Of a stretch of 64,000 bases of DNA, positions 1 to 12,077 are shown one piece after another. The notes below the pieces were generated by a model, which saw nothing but the letters and a program-made list of their open reading frames with translations, did not search any database and had not been told where the DNA came from. Positions within the stretch are counted from its first letter, which is position 1. Every line of letters starts with the position of its first letter. The stretch is from positions 148,366,001 through 148,430,000 of the forward strand of contig NC_091984.1 in the NCBI RefSeq assembly GCF_044704955.1. Reading direction: 5' to 3'. Both the position numbers and the translations under genes were made by a program. This DNA is from Pristiophorus japonicus. Taxonomy: Eukaryota.

Positions 1-245
1 TGGGGTATGGTGTTCCACACTGGTTAATGAGCCACACTCAGTATATCCTACAGACACAGACACTCCCAGTAATACACGGTCATTGGGGTACAGTGTTCCA
101 CACCGTTAGTGAGACTCACTCAGTATATCCTACAGACACAGACACTCCCAGTAATACACGGTCACTGGGGTACAGTGTTCCACACCGTTAATGAGCCACA
201 CTCAGTATATCCTACAGTGACAGACACTAGCAGTAATACACCAGT
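1..245. repeat. 82-bp tandem repeat, ~3 copies (continues off the left edge)
   Basis: CAGTATATCCTACAG recurs at 39, 121 and 203 (period 82), with conserved flanks. Confidence 0.9.
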
Positions 246-247
246 AT

Positions 248-1831
248 TTGTTTGGTCTCAAGTTTGAGTTAGAAACTGACCATAAGCTACTCATATTGCT
301 ATTCTCAGAGAGCAAAGAGATTAATACCAATGCCTCTGCCCGCATCCAAAGATGGGCGCTCACGCTGTCTGCATATAACTATGTAATCCGCCATAGACCA
401 GGCACAGAGAACTGCGCTGATGCTCTCAGTCGGCTACCAGGGTGGAAATGGCACAGCCTGCAGACTTGCTCTTGGCGATGGATGCATTTGAAAATGAAAT
501 GTCACCCATTACGGCCCGCCAGATCAGGACCTGGACCAGCCAGGATTCTTTACTGTCCCTTGTAAAAAACTGTGTCCTCCATGGGAGCTGGCCCAGTGTC
601 CCAGCGGAGATGCATGAAGCGATCAAGCCGTTCCAGCGGTGCAAATACGAAATGTCCATACAGGCGGACTGTCTTTTGTGAGGCAATCATGTAGTTTTGC
701 CTAAGAAAGGCAGAGAAACGTTCATACGCGACCTACACATTACCCAGTCAAGAATAGTAATGATGAAAGCTATAGCCAGATCCTATGTGTGGTGGCCTGG
801 CATCGACTCAGATTTGGAATCCTGCATGCGCCAATGCAACACTTGCTCTCAACTGAACAATGCACCTAGAGAGTCACCGCTAAGTTTGTGGTCATGGCCC
901 TCCAAACTGTGGTCTAGGATCCAGATTGACTTTGCGAGTCCATTTCTCGGCAAAATGTTTTTGGTTGTTGTGGATGTTTATTCAAAATGGATTGAGTGTG
1001 TAATAATATCTGTAAGCACGTCCACTGCCACCATCAAAAGCCTACGAGCCATGTTCGCCCCACACGGCCTGCCTGATGTCCTTGTCAGCGACGATGGGCC
1101 GCAATGGGATCAAGCACATCACATCTGCCCCATTCAAGCCTGAATCCAATGACCAGGCAGAACGGGCAGTCCAACCCATCAAGCAAAATTTTAAACATGT
1201 GTCGGAAGGCTCCCTGCAGACCCGCCTGTCCCGAGTCCTGCTCAGCTACCGCACCAGACTCCACTCGCTCACTGGGGTTCCCCCAGCTGAGCTGCTCATT
1301 AAAAGGGCGCTCAAAACAAGGCTCACTCTTGTCCACCCTGATCTCCATGATCACGTCGAGGGCAGTCGACATCAAGAAAGCATGTACCATGATCGCGCAA
1401 ACTTGTCATGCGATATTGAGGTAAATGACCATGTATTTGTGCTCAACTATGGACATGGTCCCAAATGGCTTTCTGGCACCGTCATAGCCAAAGAAGGGAG
1501 TAGGGTGTTTCAGGTCAATCTGGCTAATGGACTAACTTGCAGAAAGCATTTGGACTCAACTAAACTGCAATTCACAAACAGCCACGAGCAACCCGAAGAG
1601 GACATCACCAACTTTCACCCTCCAACAGACACGAAAGTGGCAACAGACATCACGGTCGACCACAAAGCTGAACTCACCATCCCCAGCAGTCCGGCAAGGC
1701 CAGCTGCCCAGCGAAGAATCAATCAACTCACCCAAACCTGCATTTGTACTGAGATGATCGACAAGGGAGCGAAAAGCCCCAGATCGTCTCACCCTGTAAA
1801 TAAGTGTACTATTGACTTTGGGAGGGAGTGA
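248..1831 (+). pseudogene. pol: Ty3/Gypsy pol 3' remnant (RNase H end, integrase), frameshifted
   Basis: Motifs TDHKLL, RIQRWAL, ADALSRL, ARSYVWWPGIDSD, IQIDFA, VSDDGPQ and AERAVQ are spread over ORFs 248-565, 442-681, 697-1143 and 1076-1831. Confidence 0.9.
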
Positions 1832-2045
1832 TGTTATGTATGTAACCCTTGGCAACCTGTATCATACCACCACCAGAGGGCCTACCTGTTGGAGTCCCAA
1901 GGGACCCCAGCATCCCTTGGGAGCACTGTATGTAAGCAGGCCTCCCACGCTGTACCGACACTCTGGAGTTTAATTAAAGGAGCTAAGGTCGCACTTACTC
2001 ATTGTCCACAGTACTCAGTTACATCACTTTATGATGAGTTTAACA
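1832..2045 (+). mobile_element. 3' LTR of the Gypsy element (214 bp)
   Basis: Follows the polypurine tract GGGAGGGAGTGA (1820-1831). Termini are TGTTA...TAACA, with an ATTAAA poly(A)-type signal and a CTCF-like CCACCAGAGGGC at ~1870. Confidence 0.8.
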
Positions 2046-2403
2046 AGGAACATACCATTATTGTCCCCGGGTTGTGGGGGGGTGGGTGGGAAGGTGAGGA
2101 ACATACCATCATTGTCCCTGGAGGTGGGGAGGAGGTGAGGAACGTAACATTATTGTCCTGGGAGGGGGGGGGGGGCGGGGGGAGAGGGAGAGATGAGGAA
2201 CATACCATTAAACATACCATTATTGTCTCTGGGGTGGGAAAGGAGAGGGAAAGGTGAGGAACATACAATTATTGTAACCGTCAGGGGAGAGGGTGAGGTG
2301 AGAAACATACCATTATTGACTCCGGTGTGGGGTGGGCGGGGAGAGGAAAGGATAGGATCATACCATTATTGTCCCCAGGGGGTGAGAGGAGTGGGAGAGA
2401 TGA
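2046..2403. repeat. GAGGAACATACCATTATTGTCCC satellite with purine-rich spacers, left part
   Basis: The core recurs ~7 times. The same array resumes at 5510-5789 after the CR1 insertion. Confidence 0.85.
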
Positions 2404-5400
2404 AGAAACATAGAAACATAGAAACATAGAAAATAGGTGCAGGTGTAGGCCATTCGGCCCTTCTAGCCTGCACCGCCATTCAATGAGTTCATGGCTGAAC
2501 ATTCAACTTCAGTACCCCATTCCTGCTTTCTCGCCATACCCCTTGATCCCCCTAGTAGTAAGGACCTCATCTAACTCCTTTTTGAATATATTTAGTGAAT
2601 TGGCCTCAACAACTTTCTGTGGTAGAGAATTCCACAGGTTCACCACTCTCTGGGTGAAGAAGTTCCTCCGCATCTCGGTCCTAAATGGCTTACCCCTTAT
2701 CCTTAGACTGTGACCTCTGGTTCTGGACTTCCCCAACATTGGGAACATTCTTCCTGCATCTAACCTGTCTAACCCCGTCAGAATTTTAAATGTTTCTATG
2801 AGGTCCCCTCTCATTCTTCTGAACTCCAGTGAATACAAGCCCAGTTGATCCAGTCTTTCTTGATAGGTCAGTCCCGCCATCCCGGGAATCAGGCTGGTGA
2901 ACCTTCGCTGCACTCCCTCAATAGCAAGAATGTCCTTCCTCAGGTTAGGAGACCAAAACTGTACACAATACTCCAGGTGTGGCCTCACCAATGCCCTGTA
3001 CAACTGTAGCAACACCTCCCTGCCCCTGTACTCAAATCCCCTTGCTATGAAGGCCAACATGCCATTTGCTTTCTTAACCGCCTGCTGCACCTGCATGCCA
3101 ACCTTCAATGACTGATGTACCATGACACCCAGGTCTCTTTGCACCTCCCCTTTTCCTAATCTGTCACCATTCAGATAATAGTCTGTCTCTCTGTTTTTAC
3201 CACCAAAGTGGATAACCTCACATTTATCCACATTATACTTCATCTGCCATGCATTTGCCCACTCACCTAACCTATCCAAGTCGCTCTGCAGCCTCACAGC
3301 ATCCTCCTCGCAGCTCACACTGCCACCCAACTTAGTGTCATCCGCAAATTTGGAGATACTACATTTAATCCCCTCATCTAAATCATTAATGTACAGTGTA
3401 AACAGCTGGGGCCCCAGCACAGAACCTTGCAGTACCCCACTAGTCACTGCCTGCCATTCTGAAAAGTACCCATTTACTCCTACTCTTTGCTTCCTGTCTG
3501 ACAACCAGTTCTCAATCCATGTCAGTACACTACCCCCAATCCCATGTGCTCTAAATTTGCACGTCAATCTCTTGTGTGGGACCTTGTCGAACGCCTTCTG
3601 AAAGTCCAAATATACCACATCAACTGGTTCTCCCTTATCCACTCTACTGGAAACATCCTCAAAAAATTCCAGAAGATTTGTCAAGCATGATTTCCCTTTC
3701 ACAAATCCATGCTGACTTGGACCTATCATGTCACCTCTTTCCAAATGCACTGCTATGACATCCTTAATAATTGATTCCATCATTTTACCCACTACCGATG
3801 TCAGGCTGACCGGTCTATAATTCCCTGTTTTCTCTCTCCCTCCTTTTTTAAAAAGCGGGGTTACATTGGCTACCCTCCACTCCATAGGAACTGATCCAGA
3901 GTCAATGGAATGTTGGAAAATGACTGTCAACGCATCCACTATTTCCAAGGCCACCTCCTTAAGTACTCTGGGATGCAGTCCATCAGGCCCTGGAGATTTA
4001 TCGGCCTTCAATCCCATCAATTTCCCCAACACAATTTCCCGGCTAATAAGGATTTCCCTCAGTTCCTCCTCCTTACCAGACCCCCCGACCCCTTTTATAA
4101 CCGGAAGGTTGTTCGTGTCCTCCTTCGTGAATACCGAACCAAAGTACTTGTTCAATTGGTCCGCCATTTCTTTGTTCCCCGCTATGACTTCCCCTGATTC
4201 TGACTGCAGGGGACTTACGTTTGTCTTTACTAACCTTTTTCTCTTTACATATCTATAGAAACTTTTGCAATCCGTCTTAATGTTCCCTGCAAGCTTCTTC
4301 TCATACTTCATTTTCCCTGCCCTAATCAAACCCTTTGTCCTCCTCTGCTGAGTTCTAAATTTCTCCCAGTCCCCAGGTTCGCTGCTATTTCCGGCCAATT
4401 TGTATGCCACTTCCTTGGCTTTAATACTGTCCCTGATTTCCCTTGATAGCCACGGTTGAGCCACCTTCCCTTTTTTATTTTTATGCCAGACAGGAATGTA
4501 CAATTGTTGTAGTTCATCCATGCGGTCTCTAAATGTCTGCCATTGCCCATCCACAGTCAACCCCTGAAGTATCATTCTCCAATCCATCCCAGCCAATTCA
4601 CGCCTCATACCTTCAAAGTTAGCCTTCTTTCAGTTCTGGACCATGGTCTCTGAATTAACTGTTTCATTCTCCATCCCAATGCAGAATTCCACCATATTAT
4701 GGTCACTCTTCCCCAAGGGGCCTCGCACAACGAGATTGCTAATTAATCCTCTCTCATTACATAACACCCAGTCTAAGATGGCCTCCCCCCTAGTTGGTTC
4801 CTCGACATATTGGTCTAAAAAACCATCCCTTATGCACTCCAGAAAATCCTCCTCCACCGTATTGCTTCCAGTTTGGTTAGCCCAATCTATGTGCATATTA
4901 AAGTCACCCATTATAACTGCTGCACCTTTATTGCACGCACCCCTAATTTCATGTTTGATGCCCTCCCCAACATCACTACTACTGTTTGGAGGTCTGTACA
5001 CAACTCCCACTAACGTTTTTTGCCCTTTGGTGTTCTGCAGCTCTACCCATATAGATTCCACATCATCCAAGCTAATGTCCTTCCTAACTATTGCCTTAAT
5101 CTCCTCTTTAACCAACAATGCTACCCCACCTCCTTTTCCTTTCATTCTATCCTTCCTGAATGTTGAATACACCTGGATGTTGAGTTCCCAGCCCTGATCA
5201 TCCTGGAGCCACGTCTCCGTAATCCCAATCACATCATATTTGTTAACATCTATTTGCACAATTAATTCATCCACCTTATTGCGGATACTCCTTGCATTAA
5301 GACACAAAGCCTTTCGGCTTGTTTTTTTAACACCCTCTGTCCTTTTAGAATTTTGCTGTACAATGGCCCTTTTTGTTCTTTGCCTTGGGTTTCTCTGCCT

Positions 5401-5509
5401 TCCACTTTTCCTCATCTCCTTTCTGTCTTTTGTTTTTGCCTCCTTTTTGTTTCCCTCTATCTCCCTGCATTGGTTCCCATCCCCCTGCCATATTAGTTTA
5501 ACTCCTCCC
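2404..5509 (-). mobile_element. Young 5'-truncated CR1 LINE; ORF2 (APE endonuclease + RT) intact except for one in-frame TGA
   Basis: EN motifs (CLNARSI, ITETW, MGDFN, SDH) are in ORF 4630-5700. RT motifs (QHGF, YLDFQKAFD, QGSVLGP, KFADD) are in ORF 2509-4608. The junction reads ...MVQN*KKANFEGMRR in one frame. The 3' tail is (TTTCTATG)n. Confidence 0.97.
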
Positions 5510-5789
5510 ATTACTGTCCCCGGGGGCTGAGAGGAGACAGAGAGGTGAAGAACATGCCATAATTGTCCCCGGGGTGGAGAGCGAGAGGTGAGGAACATAC
5601 TATTATTGTCACCGGCGGGGGAGAGGAGATGGAGAAGTGCGGAACCTACCATTATTATCCCTGCGTGTAGGAGAGGAGAGAGAGGTGAGGAAAATGCCAT
5701 TATTGTCCCCAGGTGTGGGCGGGAGGGGAGGGGAGGAGAGGAAAAGGACAGGTGAGGAACATACCATTATTGTCCCCGAGGTGAGGAAC
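5510..5789. repeat. GAGGAACATACCATTATTGTCCC satellite, right part
   Basis: Same core as 2046-2403. Confidence 0.85.
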
Positions 5790-6270
5790 TGTAGCACCAG
5801 CTTTCTGGCCATTTCTATCAACAATACTTTAAATCCTTAAATCCAAATCCCCAAGAAAGAACTGTCCTGTTTGGCGAGCTTGTGGGGGTGGCACTGAGGT
5901 GCATTCATATACAACCGGGCATTTCACACTGACAGGCTGGGTGGCAGGGAACCCAGGCCCATTGATGTCATCACCATCTGAAGTGATTCCTGGGAACAAT
6001 ACCCCGAGAGGTAACTCAGAGACACTGTGCCCTCACATTACTAAAGCACAGTCACGACTCAGTCTGGGTTCCCTGCCACCCAGCCTGTCAGTGTGAAATG
6101 TCCGGTTGTATATGAATGCACCTCAGTGCCACCCCCACAAGCTCGCCAAACAGGACAGTTCTTTCTTGGGGATTTGGATTTAAGGATTTAAAGTATTGTT
6201 GATAGAAATGGCCAGAAAGCTGGTGTTACAGTTCCTCACCTCGGGGACAATAATGGTATGTTCCTCACCT
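5750..6270. repeat. Near-perfect inverted repeat: 207-bp arms (5750-5956, 6064-6270) and a 107-bp spacer
   Basis: The arms are reverse complements with only ~2 mismatches seen. ORFs 5609-5824(-) and 6196-6582(+) share an identical N-terminus. Confidence 0.95.
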
Positions 6271-7085
6271 TTCCCTAAACTGGTGCAAGGCAGGAAATGG
6301 CCGGTCCATTATCTTCCAGGAGATAAGCCGGTTAAGCAAGATCGGTTTGTGATCGAAACTCATTACCTGCTAATGGGGGCTATCAACTCAGGAAACGACA
6401 GACATCCAGTAATCAGCACCCGTTGTCTCTCCAGATGCAAGGCCTGGGAGCGGGAAAACAAAATATCATCTTTCACAAAGATTTTGAGCCATTCCAGCCC
6501 TTGGGGGGGGCGGGTCGGTGGGAGTGTCCAGACAGATCACCGGAGTCAATCCATTGGTCAGTATTGGCGGGAGGAAAGGTGATGGGTTTTGGGGATATAA
6601 GGAGCCGCTTTGCAACAAGCTCCAGCTCAGGAGGAAGAATGCTCCGGAAAAAGCCCAGGAAAAAGTCCAGGAAAAAGCCCAGGAGCGAGACGTTCAGGAA
6701 GAAGCTGCAAGCAAGACAACGGGCAATCAGGGTGAGCATATTGCCTGCGCCTACACATCCACAAGACCACTTAGCTGTGTGAGGGGGTGATTGTAAGTCC
6801 CAACCAAACCCAAGGGGTTTAGTGCTGGGGGGGTCCTGTGTTAGTTTATTTCACGGGAAGGTTCTTTTATTAAGCCGTGGTAACTTAGCATGACAGGGCT
6901 TATTGGGGACAAGCCAGGGTTGTACTGTTTTGCACTGTTTATGAGTGGTGTTGTTAATCTTATTAAACACAATACGGTTGAGACCGAAAAACATGTGTCC
7001 GAGTCTGATCTGTCCATATAATCCCTATCGTCCAGAACTTGTAGTAGGAGGTGCGTTTTCAGTAGGCCCGAGAAAACCACCTACA
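5790..7085 (+). mobile_element. Probable solo LTR, internally rearranged by the inverted duplication
   Basis: TGTAG at 5790 and CTACA at 7081-7085. Internal ATTGG (~6553), GATATAAGG TATA (~6595) and ATTAAA (~6962). Flanks are GGAAC/GGTAC. Confidence 0.6.
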
Positions 7086-7090
7086 GGTAC

Positions 7091-7690
7091 CCCCTCAGTA
7101 CACCTCCTCCGATAGTGCAGCACTCCCTTAGTACTCCTCCTCCGACAGTGCAGCACTCCCTCAGTACTGCCCCTCTGACAGTGCGGCACTCCCTCAGTAC
7201 TACTCCTCTGACAGTGCAGCACTCCATCAGTACTGCCCCTCCGAAAGTGCAGCACTCCCTCAGTACTGCCCCTCTGACAGTGCAGCACTTCCTCAGTACT
7301 GCCCCTCCGATGGTGCAGCACTTCCTCAGTACTGCCTTTCTGACAGTGCAGCACTCGCTCAGTACTGACCCTCTGACAGAGCAGCACTCCCCCAGTACTG
7401 CCCCTCAGACAGTGTGGCACTCCATCAGTACTGCCATTCCGACTGAGCAGCTCTCCCTCAGTACTGACCCTCTGACAGTGCAGCACTCCCTCAGGACTGC
7501 CCCTCTGACATTGCAGCAGTCCCTCATTTCTGCCCCTATCACAGTGCAGCTCTCCCTCAGTACTGCCCCTCTAACAGTGCAGCACTCCCTCAGTTCAGCC
7601 CCTCTGACAGTGCAACACTCCCTCAGGACTGCACAGTAGTGTATGGCTTTATTTTGCACTCAGGTCCCTGGAGTGGGGCTTGAACCCACG
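7091..7690 (-). repeat. 33-bp minisatellite (CAGTGCAGCACTCCCTCAGTACTGCCCCTCTGA, ~16 copies) running into a Deu-SINE head remnant
   Basis: Explains the 11-aa periodic ORFs 7025-7486, 7115-7639 and 7405-7659. The unit matches the SINE body at ~9530 and ~25620, and the array ends in GGAGTGGGGCTTGAACCCAC (B box, minus strand). Confidence 0.9.
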
Positions 7691-9062
7691 ATACAACATT
7701 GCATCACTGGATGCCGCACAGTCTGAGCTGTGAGTCATATCCCGACCTCAGTTGGAACAGCTAACTCAGAACAAACAACAACAGCAACTTTTATACAACA
7801 CCTTTAACACAGTAAAACTCCCCGAGTGCTTCACAGGAGTGTTACAAAATAAAGATTGACAGCGAACCACGTAAGGAGACATTGAAAATTGCAGCTCAGT
7901 CAAATTGTGAGGGAAATTGGCAGTGCTGCCTTCATACCAAAAGGGGGCGATGTTGGTTCTGAAAAGACCAAATTTTTGGACAATTTCTGTGTCACTCAAT
8001 TGATTGGTTTGTAAAACCCGTTTGTACCAAACCTCCAGTCAGGTTTGCAGAATCATTTCCAGTTCCCCACGTGTCATTTGATGGTGGATCTCAGCGTGTA
8101 TCTCCTCGTCCGCTCGTGAGGCAGTGTCTCAGACCGATTGGTGGGTCAGCAGCCACTCCGCACTGCAGCGAGCATCAGCAGGCCATTCCACTGTGGGAGG
8201 CCTCACCGCGGAGCTCGGTGCACGGGGTATATCCACACAGAGACGCTCTGCCGCCAGGTACAGCAGCAACAACCTGCATTGCTATAGCAACTGGAACATT
8301 AGAACAACATCCCGAGGCAGCTGACAGAGGCATAATCTGGTCAAAGTGGTGCTGAGCCAAAGGGGGAGGGGCTGGGAGGGTGATCAAAACACTCAGTCAC
8401 AGATTGGGTTTGAAGGGAGGTCTTAAAAGAGGAGAGGGATGGATTGGCAGAGAGGTTTAGGAAGCAGGGAGTTAGGGCCCAGGCAGTTGAAGGCACAGCC
8501 CCCAATGGAGGGGGAAGGGAAGGGGGGGGGATGGATAAGAAGCCTGAGCCAGATACAGCGGCCCCTGAATACAACAACAACTTGTATTTATATAGCGAGT
8601 GTTGTGACAATGACAGACAGTGAGAATATAACCCTGATAATGTAACACAGTATTTGCAGCACTTGACACTGTGGGGAAAGCTTGTAATTTTAAATCCATG
8701 AGCTGTACATAAGCGAGAGCAGGACCTGTTTGTGGCCGGTGCGGAGATCACCACTTACAGAAGGTAGTTACTGCAGGGAATTCAGGGCCACAGTGACCTC
8801 CTGGACTAGTTTCCATCGCCTGGGGGGAGGGCGGGGGTGGTTGGAGAGGAGTTTCCCAGATTTATTTCCCCCAAAGGGTTTTTTCCCTGGTTTTTCTCCT
8901 CTCCCAGGAGATCAGGTAGTTTTGGGTAGGGTGGAGAGTCTATACTGTGATACACAAGGTATCACAATTGTGTGGGACGGGCTGGATGGACCACAGGGTC
9001 TTTACCTGTCAGTCACTGTCCGCGGGTTTGGGTTTCAAAGACGTGGAGCTCAATTGGAAAGA

Positions 9063-9665
9063 AAGACTTGCATTTATATAGCGCCTTTCACCACCTCAGG
9101 ACGTCCCAAAGCACTTTACAGCCAATGAAGTACTTTTGAAGTGTAGTCACTGCGGCAATGGAGGAGACACGACAGACAGCAAGCTCCCACATGTGACTAT
9201 GACCAGATAATGGGCCCAAATTGCGTATCGTCCCGGTTGTGGCGGGAACTTTTCCCACGCCCAAGTGCCGCCACGGATGCGAAATTGGGATCACGGCCCC
9301 TGACAGGAAGTGGAGCGCAATGTGGCATGCTGCACTTCCCCTGGGGGTGGGCTTGGGGGGGCGAGTGTCAGGCTGCATAATCTGTTCTTTTGTGATGTTG
9401 GTTGAGGGATCAATATTGGCCGGGACACCGCTGAGAACTCCTCTGCTCTTCTTAAAAATAGTGGCACAATATAGTTAATGTCCACCTGAGAGGGCAGACA
9501 AGCCTCTTTCCTGAAAAACAGCCCCTTCGGACAGTGCGGCTCTCCCTCAGTACTGCACTGGGACTGTCAGTCTAGATTTCGGAGCTTAGCCTCAGCGATG
9601 GGACTTAGAACCCACAACCTTTGGACTCAGAGGTGAGTGTGCTGTCCATTGAGCCACAGCTGACA
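9063..9665 (-). mobile_element. tRNA-derived Deu-domain SINE (SacSINE1/AmnSINE-like) with a ~160-bp insertion at ~9211-9375
   Basis: Head with A box TGGCTCAATGG and a B-box-like GGGTTCTAAGTCCC on the minus strand. Body GTCCACCTGAGAGGGCAGAC. Tail ...GGCGCTATATAAATGCAAGTC. Confidence 0.8.
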
Positions 9666-9749
9666 GAGCTGAAAACCAAAGGCCCATTAATGGCCCATCG
9701 ACGGTGTTCGCCCTCAGTCGGGTGAACAATCCAGAAATTATGGCCTGAA

Positions 9750-10427
9750 TGAAGTAGGCCAGACCATTATTTGCTTTTTTTTAGTTTTAATTTATTTCTG
9801 CTAAGTTAGTCCTTAGTCTATTAAATAGAGGCATGGCAGGGCAGTTCTGTCCCGTGGAGAGCACATCCTGTGCCATGTGGGAAGTCCTGGATGCTTCTCG
9901 TGGCCTGGACGACCACATGTGCAGGAAGTGTCACCAGCTACAGCAACTCGAGCTCCGCGTTTCGGAGATTGAGCGGCGGCTGGAGTCACTACGGTGCATC
10001 CGCGAGGCTGAGAACTTCGTGGATAGCACGTTTCTAGAGGTGGCCACCCGCAGCTTAAGAGTGTGCAGGCAGAGAGGGAATGGGTGACCACCAGACAGAA
10101 GAGGAGGTCCAGGCAGGTAGTGCAGGAGTCCCCTGAGTCCATCTCACTCTCCAACCAGTATTGTGTTCTGAGTACTGGTGGGGGCGATGGTGCCTCTAGG
10201 AAGTGCAGCCAGAGGCAAGTCCACGGCACCACGGGTGGCTCAGCTGCACAGGGGGGAGGAAGAAGAGTGGAAGAGCAATAGTGGTAGGGGATTCGATAGT
10301 TAGGGGAACAGACAGGCATTTCTGCGGCCACAGACGTGACTCCAGGATGGTATGTTACCTGCCTGGTGCCAGGGTCAAGGATGTCACTGAGTGGCTGCAG
10401 TACATTCTGAGGGGGGAGGGTGAACAA
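9750..10427 (+). mobile_element. CR1 LINE 5' part: ORF1 (Cys-rich/leucine zipper + SGNH esterase), cut by the ERV
   Basis: CAMWEV...CRKCHQLQQLELRVSEIE, then VVGDSIVRGTDRHFCG...YLPGARVKDV...LRGEGEQ. Confidence 0.9.
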
Positions 10428-11137
10428 TGTGGAAATGTATTTTTATCTAAGCTGATACCATGCGGTATTTGTGTGCCCTTTGCAATATATATATATAACA
10501 AAATGGAGTCCTGGTCCTTCCAGAACTTTCTGCATGAAAGCAATCAGCTTGCATAAACAGCTAAACCTGGTTTGAGATGGCTGATGGCCATCAGACAGCT
10601 AGGAGACAAGTCATGCTGAGACAAGTACCGCCCCCCCATGGTGCTCTATTGTCTACATGACAAGAGTTCCATGTCACCTCACCCTTTTCTTCTAGACTCA
10701 AACCACCAGCCATTATCTCTTGTAGAGACCTCATCCATTTGATGCAAACAGATAAACTGACTAGGAAACTGAACAATCCTGACACAATGCAAGACAGGTA
10801 ATAGCTCATTACCTCACTCTCATGAAATAATGGCCGGCTGGCCAACGAATAACCCTGACAAAAGGAAATATCTGAAAACCATGTCAGGACAAGGATGTAG
10901 TAATTAACTCTTTATCTGTATTCACTGACTACGAGACAGAGCCAATACACATGGAGAGGCCATAACTTGGGTTTTACTGTATAAATATCTTGTGAAACTG
11001 TACCATTTCGGAGGTGTTCACTTAGCCCTTGACTGAGTGTGACCTGCCCCTTGCTAGCAAGTAAATTAAAGAAACTTCTGCCGGAGCTGTAAGTGTCGGA
11101 GTCATTCTTTTCGGAGGCCGAGATTTTGACAGTTACT
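10428..11137 (+). repeat. ERV 5' LTR (~710 bp; the exact 3' end is uncertain, 11131-11137)
   Basis: Starts TGTGGAAATG, is a direct repeat of 16811-17504, has TATAAA at ~10980 and ATTAAA at ~11065, and precedes the PBS. Confidence 0.9.
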
Positions 11138-11140
11138 TCT

Positions 11141-11158
11141 TGGAGGTTCCACCGAGAT
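11141..11158 (+). promoter_or_regulatory. Primer-binding site, tRNA-Gln
   Basis: TGGAGGTTCCACCGAGAT is the complement of the 3' 18 nt of vertebrate tRNA-Gln (...ATCTCGGTGGAACCT-CCA). Confidence 0.9.
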
Positions 11159-12077
11159 GCATACTCTCTGTCCTGTGAATAAAACGGATACAGGCATAGT
11201 GCCTCTCCAGTGAAAGGCTTCAGTGGCCAAAACAAGGTGAGCCTTTTGCTCGCAAGAGGTTTCTTCACTGTTGAATCGCATATGTAATCTGTTGTCTACA
11301 GGGGAGGTACTGCAATCTACAAGACTCGACATTTAAAACCTAAAGATATTTTTTTATAACCACTTCTTTCACAACTCGCAAGCAGAAGAGAACGGGTTCT
11401 GGAAAAATCTCGAAACAGCCCGGGGAAGGTTTCAGTCGGTAAGGGAGCGCTAGCCGATCGAAAAAGGTTCCTGAAAGTTCTTAATAGAAAAAAAAAGCGC
11501 TAATCGATCGAAGGTTCTTATGTGATAAGAGTTTTATTGTTTTTAATTAGGAAAAGGTTCTTATGTGATAAGAGTAGGAAAAATAAAGAAGCGCAATCGA
11601 TCAAAGGTTCTTCTGTGATAAGAGTTAGGGTATGGAACCATAAGTTTTATAAGTTTTATTAGGATAAGTTAAGGACTCGGTCTGTAGTGGCATACAACGC
11701 AGACTGAGAATTGATTATTTGTTTAGATAGAGTGTAAGGTTATGATTTGTATACTCGCGTGAATATTGTTTGTCCTAGCTGTCCTTGTTGTACTGTCGTG
11801 TGCAATACCTTTGTGCGACATTGCCATTAGAGAAACCGGAAGAATCACTAAGGAAAATTGTGATTCGGAAAAAAAAACAAGGATTGATTGAGAAAAGAAA
11901 CAGTAACTGATTGATCAACTACGGTTGGTTTGTGCCAACATATCTCACACACCCAGACTGAGCCCGAATTAAGAGCCTTTTCAGGCCACGTAACGGCCAG
12001 GAGAAGTGGGCATAGAGAACTCGGTTGGCCGAAAGGATTGTGAGATCAGAAACTGTGGAAAATCTTAATCATGCAGA

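Noticed and set aside
2046-5789. Conserved ~23-bp repeat separated by variable spacers, superficially CRISPR-like
   Set aside because: The spacers are low-complexity G/A tracts related to one another, the repeats are degenerate, no cas genes are present, and the DNA is vertebrate. It is a satellite.
7025-7659. Repetitive ORFs (11-aa period), and 62786-63172 (15-aa period)
   Set aside because: They are translations of 33-bp and 45-bp minisatellites.
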